Assembly (NCBI RefSeq): GCF_001194135.2
Contig: NC_068989.1
Coordinates: 56,869,735-56,933,734, forward strand
DNA length: 64,000 nt
Source: Octopus bimaculoides
Taxonomy: Eukaryota
Direction of reading: 5' to 3'
Shown here: positions 25,550 to 39,112 of the stretch, in pieces
How the letters are laid out: every line of letters begins with the position of its first letter
Position numbering within the stretch: position 1 is the first letter of the stretch
Made by a program: the position numbers and the translations under genes
The notes under the pieces: model-generated
Told to the model about the DNA's origin: nothing
The model's database searches: none
The model's input: the letters and a program-made list of their open reading frames with translations, nothing else

Positions 25550-25562
25550 CGGTATTTCGGCT

Positions 25563-26545
25563 GTGTGAGTTTGGATTTATTGGTAATTATTATTGGTGTG
25601 CGTCTGTATAGTAAGTGCAAGTTTCTATTGACTGCTTTTGTGTTATTTCCTGTTATGATTATTGTTCCTGTGATAATTATTTGTGTGATAGTCTTCGTTC
25701 GAAAACTATCGTGTGTTTTCCCTTGTGGGGGAAACATTAATTGCTGGCAAGATGCTGAAAAGTGTAACTTCGTCCGGCGAAGAGTCGCCAACTGACAGGG
25801 CGGCAAAAAAGAGTGAAAGTTTAATATTTGGCGATATTTCGGATTCTTCTGAAAGTGAATTTCCCCAACCATCAATGTGTAATAATGACGTGTAAAGCCT
25901 TCAAACAGAAGAAAATAAACAAAAAAAAAGTTTTGCGTCGGCGGCTGGAGATGGAACCCGCCAGCTGTCGATAAACAAAAATGACCTGATAAAGAACAAA
26001 GATATGATAACAATTGAAGACGGTGTTGTGAAAGTTCAAGCCCCGGAAGAACTATTAATGTTAGAAAAAAGAAAAACAATTATTTTAAAATCTTACTGTC
26101 TAAAAGGAAAAAAATTGATCGAGTGAGTGAAGAGAAAGTTGAGAAGTGCTTGAAACCCATCTGGCAGGATGGGTTCCCTAGCTAGAGGGAAGAAGTTTGA
26201 TACTATCGAAGTACGACTTGAAGATATAGTAACTGCACAAATGCACTCCGTTAAATCTTTAGAAACGGAGGACGTTGTTTTAATTCCAATATATATGAGA
26301 ATGAAGACGCCAAAGATACGTATACCAAGGGTACCACCTCAAGTCGACCCTATGAAGTTGATGGCGGCAGTCCTGGCAAAAAAGGAAGATAATATAACAC
26401 TCCCTCACGCTACCGTCACAGAAAAGGTTTATTGGACTAGTCAAACGGTTCACCTTCTAATACAAACAGAACAGTCAATCTTAGAACAATTACCGGAGAA
26501 AATAGAAATTGGGGAGGAATTCCTTAACGTATTCGTCACGTGCCC
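25563..26545 (+). mobile_element. ORF1-only element, copy 2 (diverged, disrupted, 3' end lost)
   Basis: Frames 25713-25895, ~25896-26125 (KSFASAAGDG..VVKVQAPEEL..KTIILKSY) and 26169-26549 (ARGKKFDTIEVRL..KIRIPRVPP) align to copies 1 and 3. It is cut just before the zinc knuckle. Confidence 0.7.
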
Positions 26546-26878
26546 CTGAGCAAATATGGTGTACTCAGCTGTGCTCCATAGTAATGTCTGCGATGGCGTT
26601 GCTACAGAGAGGGACAGTCGCTGCAGCAGTCACTCCACCTCGCGGTGATCATTTCTGTGACGGGCGGCTGTTATCCCTGTTTTGTGAAGGAAATCGGTAG
26701 AACGGGGTCCGAGAACACCAGGCGTCACGACGGCGACCAGAACAAACAGATATTGGCCGGTAAGGCCCCTGTGTTTATTGATTTTTCTCTCCTCTGCGTT
26801 ACGGGCGGTGACAACCGGATTTGCAGCCGATGGAGCTCGGTTGGAGCAAATTTAAACAGCATCTTCTTCCAAAGATGC
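26545..26878 (-). mobile_element. CRE-like RLE non-LTR retrotransposon C-terminal fragment (not in the ORF track)
   Basis: Manual minus-strand translation: PVVTARNAEERKINKHRGLTGQYLFVLVAVVTPGVLGPRSTDFLHK..DHREVE*LLQRLSLSV. This resembles the AE..K..KY..F.p.avET.G..G..QRLS C-terminus of CRE-type RLE proteins. Confidence 0.7.
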
Positions 26879-28261
26879 TAGTTTCTAGTCGATACAGTAT
26901 ATAAATTAGACTTAAACTCTTAGAATGAATTACGTAAATCTGTGCCTTAAGATGCATAGACCATTTAATTGAAGGTGGTCTTCGTTTATTAATTTAAAGT
27001 AGCATAAAAAGCGCAGGCGTGGTTATAGTCGCAGGCATGACTTAAAGTTTATTTATTTTGGTTTATACTAGAGACAACCCTGGATATTTTCAATATCATT
27101 AATCTGTTTTATGTCAATTTATTTATTTAGTGACTCTTTCATTAGTACTTCAGCAAGTATTGCAAAGTGTTAGGCGTCTCTGAAAAGGCTGATTATAAAT
27201 ACACATGTTTCTGTTTTATTGGACTTCTTCAGCGTACGGATTTGTCAACCTTCCGTTCCAGAATGATTAAAAAAATGATATTAGTCATTAGAGCTTATAC
27301 TTGTTTTTTTCTCAACACATAATTATACGGATATCGAAATTTATGTTAACATTAACTTGATTAAATATAAGGAGATTGTATTTGAATATGTTAGCTCTTA
27401 ATATGTTAAATACTACATGATGAGTAAGCCAGATAACAACAGATAACTTTGGAAGTATACTCTTGCCAACATGAGTAATATCAGGAAATAATGATTATAA
27501 TTTAACATTTATCAAATTATAATTTGATGAGATTATCAAATAAGGAAATGAATACTAATTTTCAAAAGAAAAATATTTATCACTTTAAGTAAAGCAAATT
27601 TCTAATTTGTATAATTCCTCTCTCATTTACTCCCTCTTCTCCTCTTCTTCATCTCCTTCATCTTCCACGTTCTCCTCTTCCCCCTCTTCCTTTTCCTCTG
27701 TCTATGATTTTCTCTCTCTCATAATATTTGTGTCTAGCGTTCCTTTACTCATCACCTGCCACCAGGTCTAATAAGTGCACTCATCCTGCACTCCTTATGT
27801 TAACTCACTGTGCTTATCTTTCACTCTATCTCTCCTCTCGCTGTACGATGTAAAACGAGAATGGTTGGTAACAAACAACCAAGCAGCCAAACCACATTTA
27901 TATCGGCTATCATTATGCAGAGATACTGAATGTGTTAATACTGAATACGTTAAATGCGTTATCACTAATTTAACGATATAAGAGTTAAATATATTAAACT
28001 AAGTAATAAGAGAACGAGTTTCTTAACGGAGAGAGGGAAATATTCAATCCCACACAAATCTTATACAACTACTACACAAATCTAAAGAAACAAAACACTT
28101 ATACCATACCAGGAGGACTGAAATTCTTCAATATGTTAGCCGATTAATGAATTCTAGGTGTAGGAGCGAGTCAGCTTAACTTATATAACACTCTGTACAT
28201 AATTTTGGATATGTTTGAGCATTATTAACCCTTTTTATATCAATTTATATATAAAGGGAAA

Positions 28262-28600
28262 AGGGTAAAGACCCCCTTCGGTCATGAATGACCATGGGAT
28301 TACATCTAGAAAGTTCCCTTCCAAGACACTAGCCCAGACAAGGTTGTTTATGGAAAACCAGCAATCGCCCATGCATACCAGCCTCCCCTCACCACACTAC
28401 TGATGTTATCAAAGGAAAGGCAAACGCCGATACAGCTTGGCATCAGTGATGTCACAACTCATTTCTACAGATGGGTGAACTGGAGCAACGTGAAATAAAG
28501 TGTCTTGCTCAAGAACATAACATACGGCCCGGTTCGAGAATCGAACTCACTACCTCATGATTGTGAGCCTGACGCTCTAACTACTGAGCCATGTGCCTTC
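28262..28600 (-). mobile_element. Full-length tRNA-derived SINE (family B)
   Basis: Minus-strand head gaaggcacatggctcagtagttagagcgtcaggctcacaatcatgaggtagtgagttcgattctcg with A and B boxes, then a ttgagcaagacactttatttcacgttgctccag core. Confidence 0.85.
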
Positions 28601-29634
28601 ATAATTTATATATAATGCTGTACTTAAACTTTATGACTCTTTCATTACTACTTCAGAAAGTATAATATTGTGCGATGCTACTCTGAAAGTCCTGACGGAA
28701 AACAGAAAAGTGCTTGTTTTATTGGACCTTTTCCACGTATGGAGTCTTTGTGGGGATTACAGATAGACGAAATACGAAGTCTACTACAGAAGGATTTAAG
28801 CTCAGAAACGACAGGCCTCAGAGTAAATACTGAAAATCACTCGGTCTGGCAATTTACCGTTTCAACAAACGCTACTGCGAAAACAAAATTATTAATTTAC
28901 CGATTTTTATTTGTTTTTACCCAATTGTCCCCAGGCTGAAATTGTGAAAGACGCATCACTTGTCAAATTCAGTTGTTCTGCGTTCATTATATTACAATAA
29001 ACTTTATAATGTATTCTAAGCGTTTGCTGAAGAATGTTTTCTGAAAATATAAAATTTATTCAATTCAAAGCAACTCCTAATTACATAACCAATATTTTAA
29101 ATAGCTGTGATGCAAGTCGTGCATGCAACAAACAACAGAATAGCTTCCGGCAAGCTGGGACTAAAATATTATACTGAATCCCTGGCTGACCCCATTTCTT
29201 TTCACTTCACTTGTTTCAGCTATATTGAAGTGCGACTAGTCAAAAACAAAGCAATATTTTAGATATTCGTTTAGCTGGCATAATACATTTAGAGCATTGT
29301 TCCCCATAGGCCAAGACACTGAAAGTCTGAGATTTTCTGTTGATGAGATTTTCATTTCTTTCATGTGGTCATTACATTCTCATTTCTAAAAGTCCACTGT
29401 AGCAATAAGACTTTCTGGTTAGGACTTCGCTTTGCAGGCATATGGCCCCGATTTTGATCCCACTGTACAGCATCATGTTGAAGTGTTTTCTACTGCAGCC
29501 TTGTGTTGGCCGATTCCTTGCAAGTGGAATTTGGCATATGAAAACTGTCTATACGTCTGTCTGTCTCTGTCTATGTACATATGTGTGTGTGTGTACGCAA
29601 TATATATATATATATATATATACACATACACATA

Positions 29635-29848
29635 CAGTAATCCCTTGCCATATCGCGGTGCACCGGTTCACCTACCATGCACTCAGTACATCGCAGATTT
29701 TTCTGGCTAATATATGTAAATTTATATCGCGGTCTCCTCAGTATATCGCAGGTTTTTGCGGCTGATGGGTATTTATATTTTTTTAGATTTTAATTATTTC
29801 TGTGGGAGGTTTTGGAACGTAACATCCGCGATAGTCGAGGGATTACTG
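29635..29848. mobile_element. Tigger/pogo-type (Tc1/mariner) MITE, 214 bp
   Basis: TIRs cagtaatcccttgccatatcgcgg and cagtaatccctcgactatcgcgg (reverse complement), flanked by TA on both sides (29633-29634, 29849-29850). Confidence 0.85.
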
Positions 29849-29857
29849 TACATATAT

Positions 29858-30145
29858 TGTTGTAAAGTGAGTTCCTCTCACTGGTATGATGTGTGACTGC
29901 TGTTGTACTGAAGTTGCCGTTTTACGCTAGTAGCCACAACACTTACTAGTCATCGGATAGCGTTGTATCTCTTCGTATCGGAATAGTAACACACTAACTT
30001 CTGTCTTACTATCGCTGATAGCTCCACAAGACGCCGACTAGAACTGTCGACTTAGGACCCTTCCTCGACGACTGGCTACTGGTATATTTATAATGGCCTT
30101 TTCCTATCACTTTTTATCGGGAGGAGTATACAGTTTCACTATACA
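29858..30145 (-). mobile_element. 3' LTR (288 bp) of a Ty3/Gypsy element
   Basis: Minus strand TGTATAG...TTACAACA with an internal TATAAATA, preceded by the polypurine tract aaaaggagaaa (30146-30156). Confidence 0.8.
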
Positions 30146-32530
30146 TTTCTCCTTTTAATTATTTTATTTAACAATCAATTTCTTTTATTCACCCTACCTC
30201 TTCCATTAAAAAAAAATTATATACTCGATATATTTTCTTCTTAGGCTCTGCTTTTAGGAACTCAGTGTTCTTCCTTTTTCTTGTACATGTGGTTTCGACT
30301 TCTTGTAACGGTATTGAAATCTGAAAAGTGTCATATAGCTAATCTATCGGTATTCCTACTCTTGTTGGTTCCTTTTCTATGACTCTTTCCTTAAGCTGAT
30401 TTCTATATCTCCTTTCCATTCCATTTCTGCTTCTTACACCATACATAATTCTTTTTGTGTGTTACAATTTCTCCTTCCCTGTATTGCTTACCATTTCTGT
30501 ACATTTTTCATATACCTTATCACCGATTCTAAAAAGATTTGGCATGTCTTTACTAACACGTAGTTTTTTCTTCACTGGTAACGGTTTTATCGAATACAGA
30601 CTTCATCTTTCTGGCAAGCATTAATTCTGCTGGTGAACTTCCTTCTGGTGCATTTGGGTTTGGAGTAACTCTGTATACCCTTAAGAATTGTTGGATCGTG
30701 ACCTCGACAGTGGCTTCCTTATTAGCTTTCTTTAAAGCTCTCTTAAAAGTGTCCATGAACCATTTAGCTCTTTACATTCGATCTAGGGTGATACAGTGCT
30801 ATAGCTTTATGTTCTACCGTGAAAATCTCACAGAATCTTTTAAACTCACAGGATACAAACTGTGTTCCGTTATCAGAGACAATTATATCCAGTACACCAA
30901 ATCTTTTGTGTAGCTGTTCATAACTATTAAGTAATAATATCCATTTACCGGGCCTGCAAAATCGATATGCAATTAGGACCATGGTATTTTCACTTCCGGT
31001 CAAGGTTCCCATTTTGTAGTAGGTAGTTTCGCTGCCAGCGCACATCCTCAGCAGCCTTTTACCAGTTTTCAACTACCTTGTCCATGCTTGGCCAGTATAT
31101 GAAACCTCGCATCAGCGCTTTCACTCTAGAGATGCCTGGGTGTCCCACATGGAACTCTTTTAGCATTCTCTTTTCTAATGTCTGTGGTATGACCACCCTC
31201 TGAGCGTCCATTAGTACACCGTCACATATAGAGTACACACTCACATCTTTGCATCAGACCTTCATTTATTTCCTTTTGTCGACTACAGTTTTCTTCTTGT
31301 CTCATTAATACGTCGGCAATAATGTCCTTGATGTATGAGCTATGGCCCGTCTGCCATCGTTATCCTTGTATAGGAGCACGGCTCCTATCTCATCCTCGCT
31401 AGCATCTATAGCTAGTATTATCTTTAACTTTGGGTCGAAATGCGTAAGACACAAGTCTGAAGTTAACACATCTTTTAACTCGTTAAATGCTTTCTGGCAT
31501 GTCTCTGTCCAAACCCATTAGGCATTTTTTTTTTAGTAATTCATTAAGTGGTGCCTTTACTTTATGTATATTTGGGATATACACTTGGTAATAATTTACC
31601 AAGCCTAGGAATGCTTGTAGCATTGTCCCGTTCGTCGGGAGTGGCATATTTCGTATTACCGTCGCCCTTGGTGGGTCCGGTCTGCGTCCACTTTCGCCGA
31701 TTACTTGACTTAGGTATTTTATTTTTGCCACAAAAAATTCACATTTTTCTTCTGTCAATTTTAGCCCGTATTCACTTATTCTCTCGAATACTTTCTTTAT
31801 GTGTTCAACGTGTTGCACTCGAGACTCGCTACTTATCAAAGTGTCATCGAAGTATGCGATGGCAAAGTCACAATCCCTTAATATCGCATCCATTATTTGT
31901 TGGAATATGGTGGGTGCCACTTTTACTCCAAACGGCAATCGTTTGAACGTGTACAATCCACGGTGCATATTGATTGTTAGTAGATGTGTGCAATCTTCCT
32001 CTAAGTGAATTCGAAGGCACGCCTCTGAGAGGTCTAATTTCGAGAAAATTTTCCCTCCGTTTAGTTTAGCAAATACATTTTCTGGGCTTGGTAGTGGGTA
32101 ATTGTGTGTGAGTAAACAGTCGTTTAATCCGATTGAGAAGTCTGCGCACACTCTTAGCTTTTTTTTCTTTACGTAGACCACTGATGCAGCGCAGTGTACA
32201 TGGTCAATCTTTTCAATTCAGGTTTTCCAACCTTTCTAGTCTTTATTGACCTAGTCAACCGCCGCAAACGGCCCGTTCCGTTTGGGCCTGAAAATAGGTG
32301 TTGAATTTTCTTTGATAGCAATCTTTGCTTTTGTTTTTCTGCAACAATCTCAACCTTCGGAAAAAAATTTGGGGAAATTTTCTTTCATTTTTGTCTCAGT
32401 TCATCAACCTCATTCGATCGTTTGGCTGTTCCGTTTATGCTATTGCCCAAAACGCTTATGGGTGTATTCCATAAATTAAATTTCTCCATAAATTCGGTGC
32501 CAAATAAATTCATGGATTTTTTTCAACACA
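30146..32530 (-). mobile_element. Degraded Ty3/Gypsy pol (RT, RNase H remnant, integrase)
   Basis: RT: LRVCADFS..FSKLDLS..RLPFG..IAYFDD..KYL (31483-32181). Integrase: HVGHPGISRVK..YWPSMD (31059-31244), IVSDNGTQF (30764-31072), YRVTPN..SPAELM (30553-30756). Confidence 0.92.
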
Positions 32531-32539
32531 TAAACATTC

Positions 32540-32745
32540 ACTTTTTTGGCGTCGTCCTGTTCACTGTGGCTTAACGATATTTTGTCCATCTTTACGTTCT
32601 GAGTTCAAATTCCGTCAAGGTCGACTTTGCCTTTGATCATGTTGGGGTCGATAAAATAAGTACCAGTTGAATACTGCGGTCAATATAATTGACTTATCCC
32701 TCTTCCTTGAAATTGTTGGCCTTGTGCCAAAATTTGAAACCGATA
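32540..32745 (+). mobile_element. Family A SINE at the 5' truncation of the Gypsy element
   Basis: gttctgagttcaaattccgtcaaggtcgactttgcc..ggccttgtgccaaaatttgaaacc. Confidence 0.85.
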
Positions 32746-35151
32746 TTAATATAGTTCGTCCTTCCTTCTTCACCATTGTGAGTCCTATTCTTTAACATTT
32801 AAATTCTTTCGATATAATAACATATGTCATTAATTCCATGATTTTTTTATTGGACAGAAAATTGGTTAATAATTGGAATGTGATTATATATTTTATTGAT
32901 ATATGAGTGTACATATCTGGCAGCTATGATAATGAAACAAAGTTCGTAATAGACCAGATAATACACACATTGCTAATGTGTTGATAGTTGTAATATGACA
33001 AAAAACGAAATTCTGACATTTCTGTTTTCTTGTCTGTAGAATATTAAATCTGAAACCACCAGACATTCATTTGTAAGAAGTTTAAATCGCAAAACATGAT
33101 ATCCGGTATGGCTTTGTACCCAATTATATGGTTCAGTTACGTAGTTTTATGTTTGATCTCAGTGTTTAACACCGTAGATCGACCAAAACTTTCGGAAATT
33201 TGGCAAGCAGAAACAGTCTGCAAGAGTATAGAAAGGATCGTTCCTATTAAGGGACCGTGGACTGACCACAATGTCACTACCTGGCCATTGGGTGATTTTT
33301 AGCTTATTCACTTCGGTTCAAGTTTCCGGTTTGAGAATAACTTTTTCCTTTCCTTCCAAGTCTCGAAAGTAAAAAAAAAAGTGTTATAGGCATTTTCTTT
33401 TTTCCTTTGACTAAGCTATTACGAAAATGGTCGGTACTTTTATATCGGTACTTTTAGAAAGTTTCAACTGGGTTTCAGTAAGGAACACTGCACTACAAAT
33501 CCTTAATAGGGACATGATAAAAACACTGTGTAACACGACTTTTCTCCTTGAGTAATAACTGTTATTTCCAATTTGCTTACTCATAGAAAGTATGAAAAAT
33601 GGCTCAGATTTCCTTCAAACTTTGCTTTTGTTACATTTATTCAATACATCCCTCTCAATCCCTCTCAATACATGACTAAATGCTCTCCCATTACTCCCGC
33701 TCATGATCAGAAATGCACATATTGTCAGCTACTAAAGGTCAAGCAACTGACAAGCAAATCTGTGGTACTGAGCAGAATATTTGCTATAACGATATTTCTG
33801 TTTCAGCTGCACAGCGCTGAATCTGTATGAAATGTGATGGAAAGTAAGTCAGTTTCAAAACATTCACGTCCAAGTTACAAAAGCAAAGTTTGAAGAGAAT
33901 ATTAGTAATTTCCTTTGATTTCTAGATAGAAGCAAGTAGGAAATAACACTTACTGACCAAAGACAAATAAATAAATAAAAAATGAAAATTTTGTTGCACA
34001 GTGTAATCTGTGAAAAATTACGGAGTTAACATGAAGAACACATAATTGAAGCCCCTCAAAATATAATTTTAAAAAATTAAATGGTGATATCCTTGTTTAA
34101 TCAAGATTAAGCTTTATCGCTCAAATATGTAAACAAAAGCATTACTGCAATGTCCAACCTGTATTTTTAGTGTAATATAGGATTCCCTTAACCTATTATA
34201 CGTCCTTCGATTATAAAGACAATAAATTGTGATTTGAGGGAGATTTGGTTACTCATATTAGTAGGAAGAGTAACAACGTAGAGAGACGCTATGAGGAGAG
34301 GAGGAAGGAGATATAATGCATCTAACTTTTGAAGGTTCTCTTAAATTGGTGAGATTGATGTGGATGATGTCTAGTACAAATATAAGTAAGCCAATGTTTG
34401 CATGGAAAGGGAAGACGGGATGGGAAATCTAGAAGGTTGCAGTTCTTAAGTTAATAGATTAGACGATGTGTTCCGTGAGGTATCTGGGATGTAAGGTAAC
34501 TAAAACAAGACAGGTGAGTCTTGGTGGTGAGGGTATGAGACTTACTAGTTTAGAAGTGTTTAACTTTATTATCCCTGATGATATCTCTAGTCCTGTTTTA
34601 GAAAGAGAGTGAGAGAAAGAAAGAATGAAAGATACAGCAAAAATTAACACAAGGAGCGCAGAATGAGTGCACATACTAGGCTTAGTAGCAGACAGTGAGC
34701 AAAGGAACGATTTATACACAAAAGTACAAAAGAGAGAAAGAATCATAGAGATAGAGGAAGAGAAGCACTAAATAACAGAATAGTTATGAGGGGAATTATA
34801 CGAATGACAAATTTGTTTCATTTAAATGCATTTAAATATATTTAAAAGCAACTGGGAAAATTAGTATTCATCCCATCCTTTTCTATAGACACTAAAAAAT
34901 TTGATAAAAGTTAATTTATAGCTATTGTGTTAATTGCCATATTTCCTGATATTACCCAGTGTGGCAATAGTATACTTCTAAAGTTACCCATCATATAACG
35001 GGTAGCTCTTTTGTACATATAAATGAAACACTTCCATACATGTATACCAAAGACTAAAAATCGTCTTCAGATCCTTTGAAAGGTATAAATTTAAAAATGA
35101 GATAGGTAAGATGCTGAACTTATAAAAGTTTAAGATAGGGCCGCATTGGAA

Positions 35152-35208
<57 letters not shown>
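35152..35208. repeat. (TAC)n microsatellite
   Basis: Directly visible. Confidence 0.95.
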
Positions 35209-36829
35209 ATGTATGGGATATATAATGCATACTAGAAAAAATAAAACAGAAAAAACACGGACCACTCATGAAAAGACCATCCAAGTAATTATCAAAGATT
35301 CATTCTCCACCTACGTAATATAGCCTCAAGTTAACAGATACACTGTTTCTTTTTTCTATTTTTTCAGTCATTACTGCAACGGCATCTGCTCATCTAATCT
35401 AGCTTTCTATGTATCTTCTCTGTTCAAGCCTATTTGACATACCACTTTATCCTTCTCTCATCATAATTAGTCTCTTTCACTTTCAAAGTTTTATTCTGAG
35501 CATTTTACTCAAAACCTTATACCCTAGAACTGCAGCTTTCCGCAATCTCTCACATTAGCCATACTTTAAAAATAGATGCTATCGTTATAAAAGATCTTGG
35601 ACATCAACCACCACAATCTTATCTGTTTCAGAAAGCTTGGAAATGTGTGATCATTATCTTCACTTTCTGACAAGTTCATAAAACAAATCAAAATACTCTT
35701 ATACTGGAGTGTTGTCCATCATATGACAGATAATTTTGCCACCATAGGTAATATTAGATGATACGGCATACATACAATTATTATATTGACACTTTTATCA
35801 AATTTCTTGGTGCCTATACAGAATGATGAAATTTTCATAATTTTCATAATAAAAACATATTACCATAAATAGATTAAAAATAAAACTCATTTCTCATTTG
35901 TATAATTTCTCTCATAACTACTTTGCCTTTTACTCTCTCTCATCTTCCTCTCTATGTCTATGATACTTTCTCTTCGTGGCTATTTTTTACTGTCTCTCAA
36001 CCTCTCGCTATACGATATAAAAGGTGACAAGAGAAATCAACCAATTAATCAACCAACCAAACAACCAAACGACCGACTAAAAATAAAACAACATTTATAT
36101 CAGCTATTATTCACAACAATTTGTTATCGAAACCTACTCAAGGGCTTCTTTGTTGGGGAACTTTCTTTTCAATACAGTTCGGCCTAATATATTTGTGACA
36201 TTTTAATTGGTTGCAACCAAAAACTGACTGATTTGTCAGTAATTTAATTACATTATTCTAGAATTTTAATTATGAACGACTCCTTAAAGTAATTAGCGAT
36301 TGCCTTTAGTTCCACTTTAAGCACATACATACACATGCACATACATACATGCACATACACATGTATACGTCCAAAGACACACACTTAGACACATTGCCAT
36401 AACTAACCAAAAGACTGGATAATGTTTACTGAGCAGTGATATTAAAATGATTTGGTGATGGTTTCTTTCTCACAAGACCAAATAAAATAGAGATACGCTT
36501 CTTCCTCTTAAGTGGTCTAATTTAGTGAAATTAAATTGACAAGTTAGTGACAATTACCTATGCAGTGAAGTGGTAACGAAGCCAAATGGAATTTTCTATT
36601 AGCTTACGTCCATTAATAATATGGATAACACGCTTGGTGTATAACCTACTACATAAGAAAAGCAATGCTACATAATTTCATGGTTTCGATACTAAAGTTT
36701 CAGCGATTAAGCCAAGCTACAAACAGACACCATGGGTATGTTGATTCATTAAAATATTACATGCACATAATAATTAATGAGTATTAGCTTTCAATACAGA
36801 GTTCAAATCGTAACAAGAGACATAGATAT

Positions 36830-37035
36830 TGGTTTCAAATTTTGGCACAAGGCCAGCAATTTCGGGGGAAGGGGCTAAGTCGATTACATCGACCCCAATG
36901 TTCAACTGGTACTTATTTTATCGAACCCGAAAGGATGAAAGCTAAACTCGACAACAGCGGAATTTGAACTCAGAACCTACAGATAGACCACATGTCACTG
37001 AGCATGTTTCCCGGCGTGCTAAATGTTCTGCCAGC
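36830..37035 (-). mobile_element. Family A SINE
   Basis: Reverse complement of full head, body and tail. Confidence 0.88.
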
Positions 37036-37789
37036 TCGACGCCCTACAAGAGACATGGATGTGATCACAGGCTATGACATATAGAACCATGGGTTTCAAA
37101 AGGCTGATTTAGTATAGCTAACACTACCCGAACACATAGTCGTTAGCAGTGTCCAACGACGAGCTCATAGGATATAGGACATAGCACATTATAATACCAT
37201 CTACTGGGACTTCTTCCGAGGATCATGTTTGTTTCAACTCTCTTCTGACAATGTTATAAGAATGAATAATTAAAGCCGAATCTTCCCCACGAAGGCAATG
37301 ATTTTATAATCATTTCGTTCTGGCATATTCTTTAGTGGGTTTCAACTACAAAGCAGTAAAAGAATACATTAGTAGCTGATCTACCTCGTCAGTTGCAACG
37401 GATATACAATATGTGAGGTTTCCAAACAAGAATAGTATTATGGGATTGTATGTTGCTAAGTTGGCCAAACTGACAGTAAGCTGAATGTAAAGACGATAGG
37501 TACCTTCCGCTCTGATATATATTAAGAATGACTTATACGGCTCCATGCTGTTCTAGGCATCGATGATGGAAATTTGCAGATATTATATGTGCAAAGATTA
37601 AACACAGACAAATACGTGAATACATTTACATTTATAGACACATGATCACATGATAAACTGTGTTTAGCGTCTGTAAATGGATGTTCAAGATTTTTCCCTG
37701 TATCTATATCTGTGTGTGGGCATCATTCATTACAGACATATACATATAAACACATACACATGCATGCACAAGAAGACATGTACACACTC

Positions 37790-37833
<44 letters not shown>

Positions 37834-37915
37834 ATATTTACATATATACATACGTATATATAGGAATAAATATGAACATGTATATATAATAGACACATAA
37901 TACTGACATACATAC

Positions 37916-37968
<53 letters not shown>

Positions 37969-38894
37969 TGTGTGTGTACACGTACTTCTACGTTGCAGAC
38001 AAGTACTTTCCAAACAAGAGATTAGATTTCCCATCGCACTACAAAGATCAAAGCTTACTGTATTCTAAAACAAGCTGGGAGAGTAGTGACTAGTCCGTCG
38101 ACATTAGTATATAACAGCTCTGTTGGTGACTATCAAAAATCACTGTTACACTACATTAGAGAATAATGTGTATTATATGGCTGAAAGTTAGTGAAGCAGA
38201 AAGGCTATAGACTGCCATATTAGATGTCTGATAATACGTTCTCTCGTCCTTTCTGAATTTCGCCATGACCAGATCTGCTTGGTGGTTACAATATACAGTA
38301 GTGATTTCGCAAAATCGATTCAAAGGACAAAATCATGCCAATGCATGAAATCATTATAAACTTGTAGATAACTAAGGTTTCATATCTCGAGTGACGTTAT
38401 CGGGATGTACTGTGTCCAATCATTTAACACAGTTTTACTAGCTCACAACTATGAACATAACATCGGTTATTGCGCTGTATAATTAACGGGTGTTAAATGA
38501 AGATCCTGCATTGGCCTGGATGAAGCAATAGTTAAACATTGCATTAGTTCAGCTTCAGCCCAAACGGTCTCGGCAGCCTTGATATTAAATTTGAACCCTG
38601 AGTAGTGCTGCAGGATAACCGGCATATACCAGTCTTCTTGTAGAAGTCCCCACCATCAGGTAGAAGCATTAGGATAATTTAGTATATTACAAAAGATCAC
38701 ACGCTGCTATTAACCCGACTGCTACTAAAATTTACATAACAACAACGACGGTGTCGTTGACAGCGATTCAGTGACTGTATGCTAAAATATTAAATAGATA
38801 TTTTAGTCGCATCACAGTAGCAAGAAAACAACAATAAAATAAACGATTTTGTGAACAAATTTCTGTTAATATTTCAATGGCCTTTATTATTTTT

Positions 38895-39112
38895 TTGAAG
38901 GCGGCGAACTGGCAGAGTCGTTAGCACGCCGGGCAAAATGCTTGGCGGCACTTCGTCTGTCATTACGTTCTGAGTTCAAATTTCACCGAAGTCGACTTAG
39001 CCTTTCATTCTTCGAGGTCGATAAAATAAGTACCAGTTGAGCACTGGAGTCGATGTAATCGACTTAACCCGTTTCCCGAACACGCTGGCCTTGTGCCAAA
39101 ATCTGAAATCAA
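38895..39112 (+). mobile_element. Family A SINE, full length
   Basis: aaggcggcgaactggcagagtcgttagcacgccgggc..ggccttgtgccaaaatctgaaatc. Confidence 0.9.

Noticed and set aside
27185-27240. Second hammerhead-like motif on the minus strand (CTGAAGA..GAAAC-ATGT-GTA)
   Set aside because: Stems I and II do not pair, and the homologous copy near 28700 lacks the core.
28540-28600. tRNA-like sequence with A and B boxes
   Set aside because: It is the head of a SINE continuing into a SINE core; no complete cloverleaf or acceptor stem.
33096-33302. 68 aa ORF with a hydrophobic, signal-peptide-like N-terminus
   Set aside because: No recognisable homology or convincing donor site; such ORFs are expected by chance in T-rich DNA.
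38470-38680. GC-richer unique stretch with a ~60-codon open minus-strand frame
   Set aside because: No motif recognised and no clear splice signals; cannot be supported as an exon.
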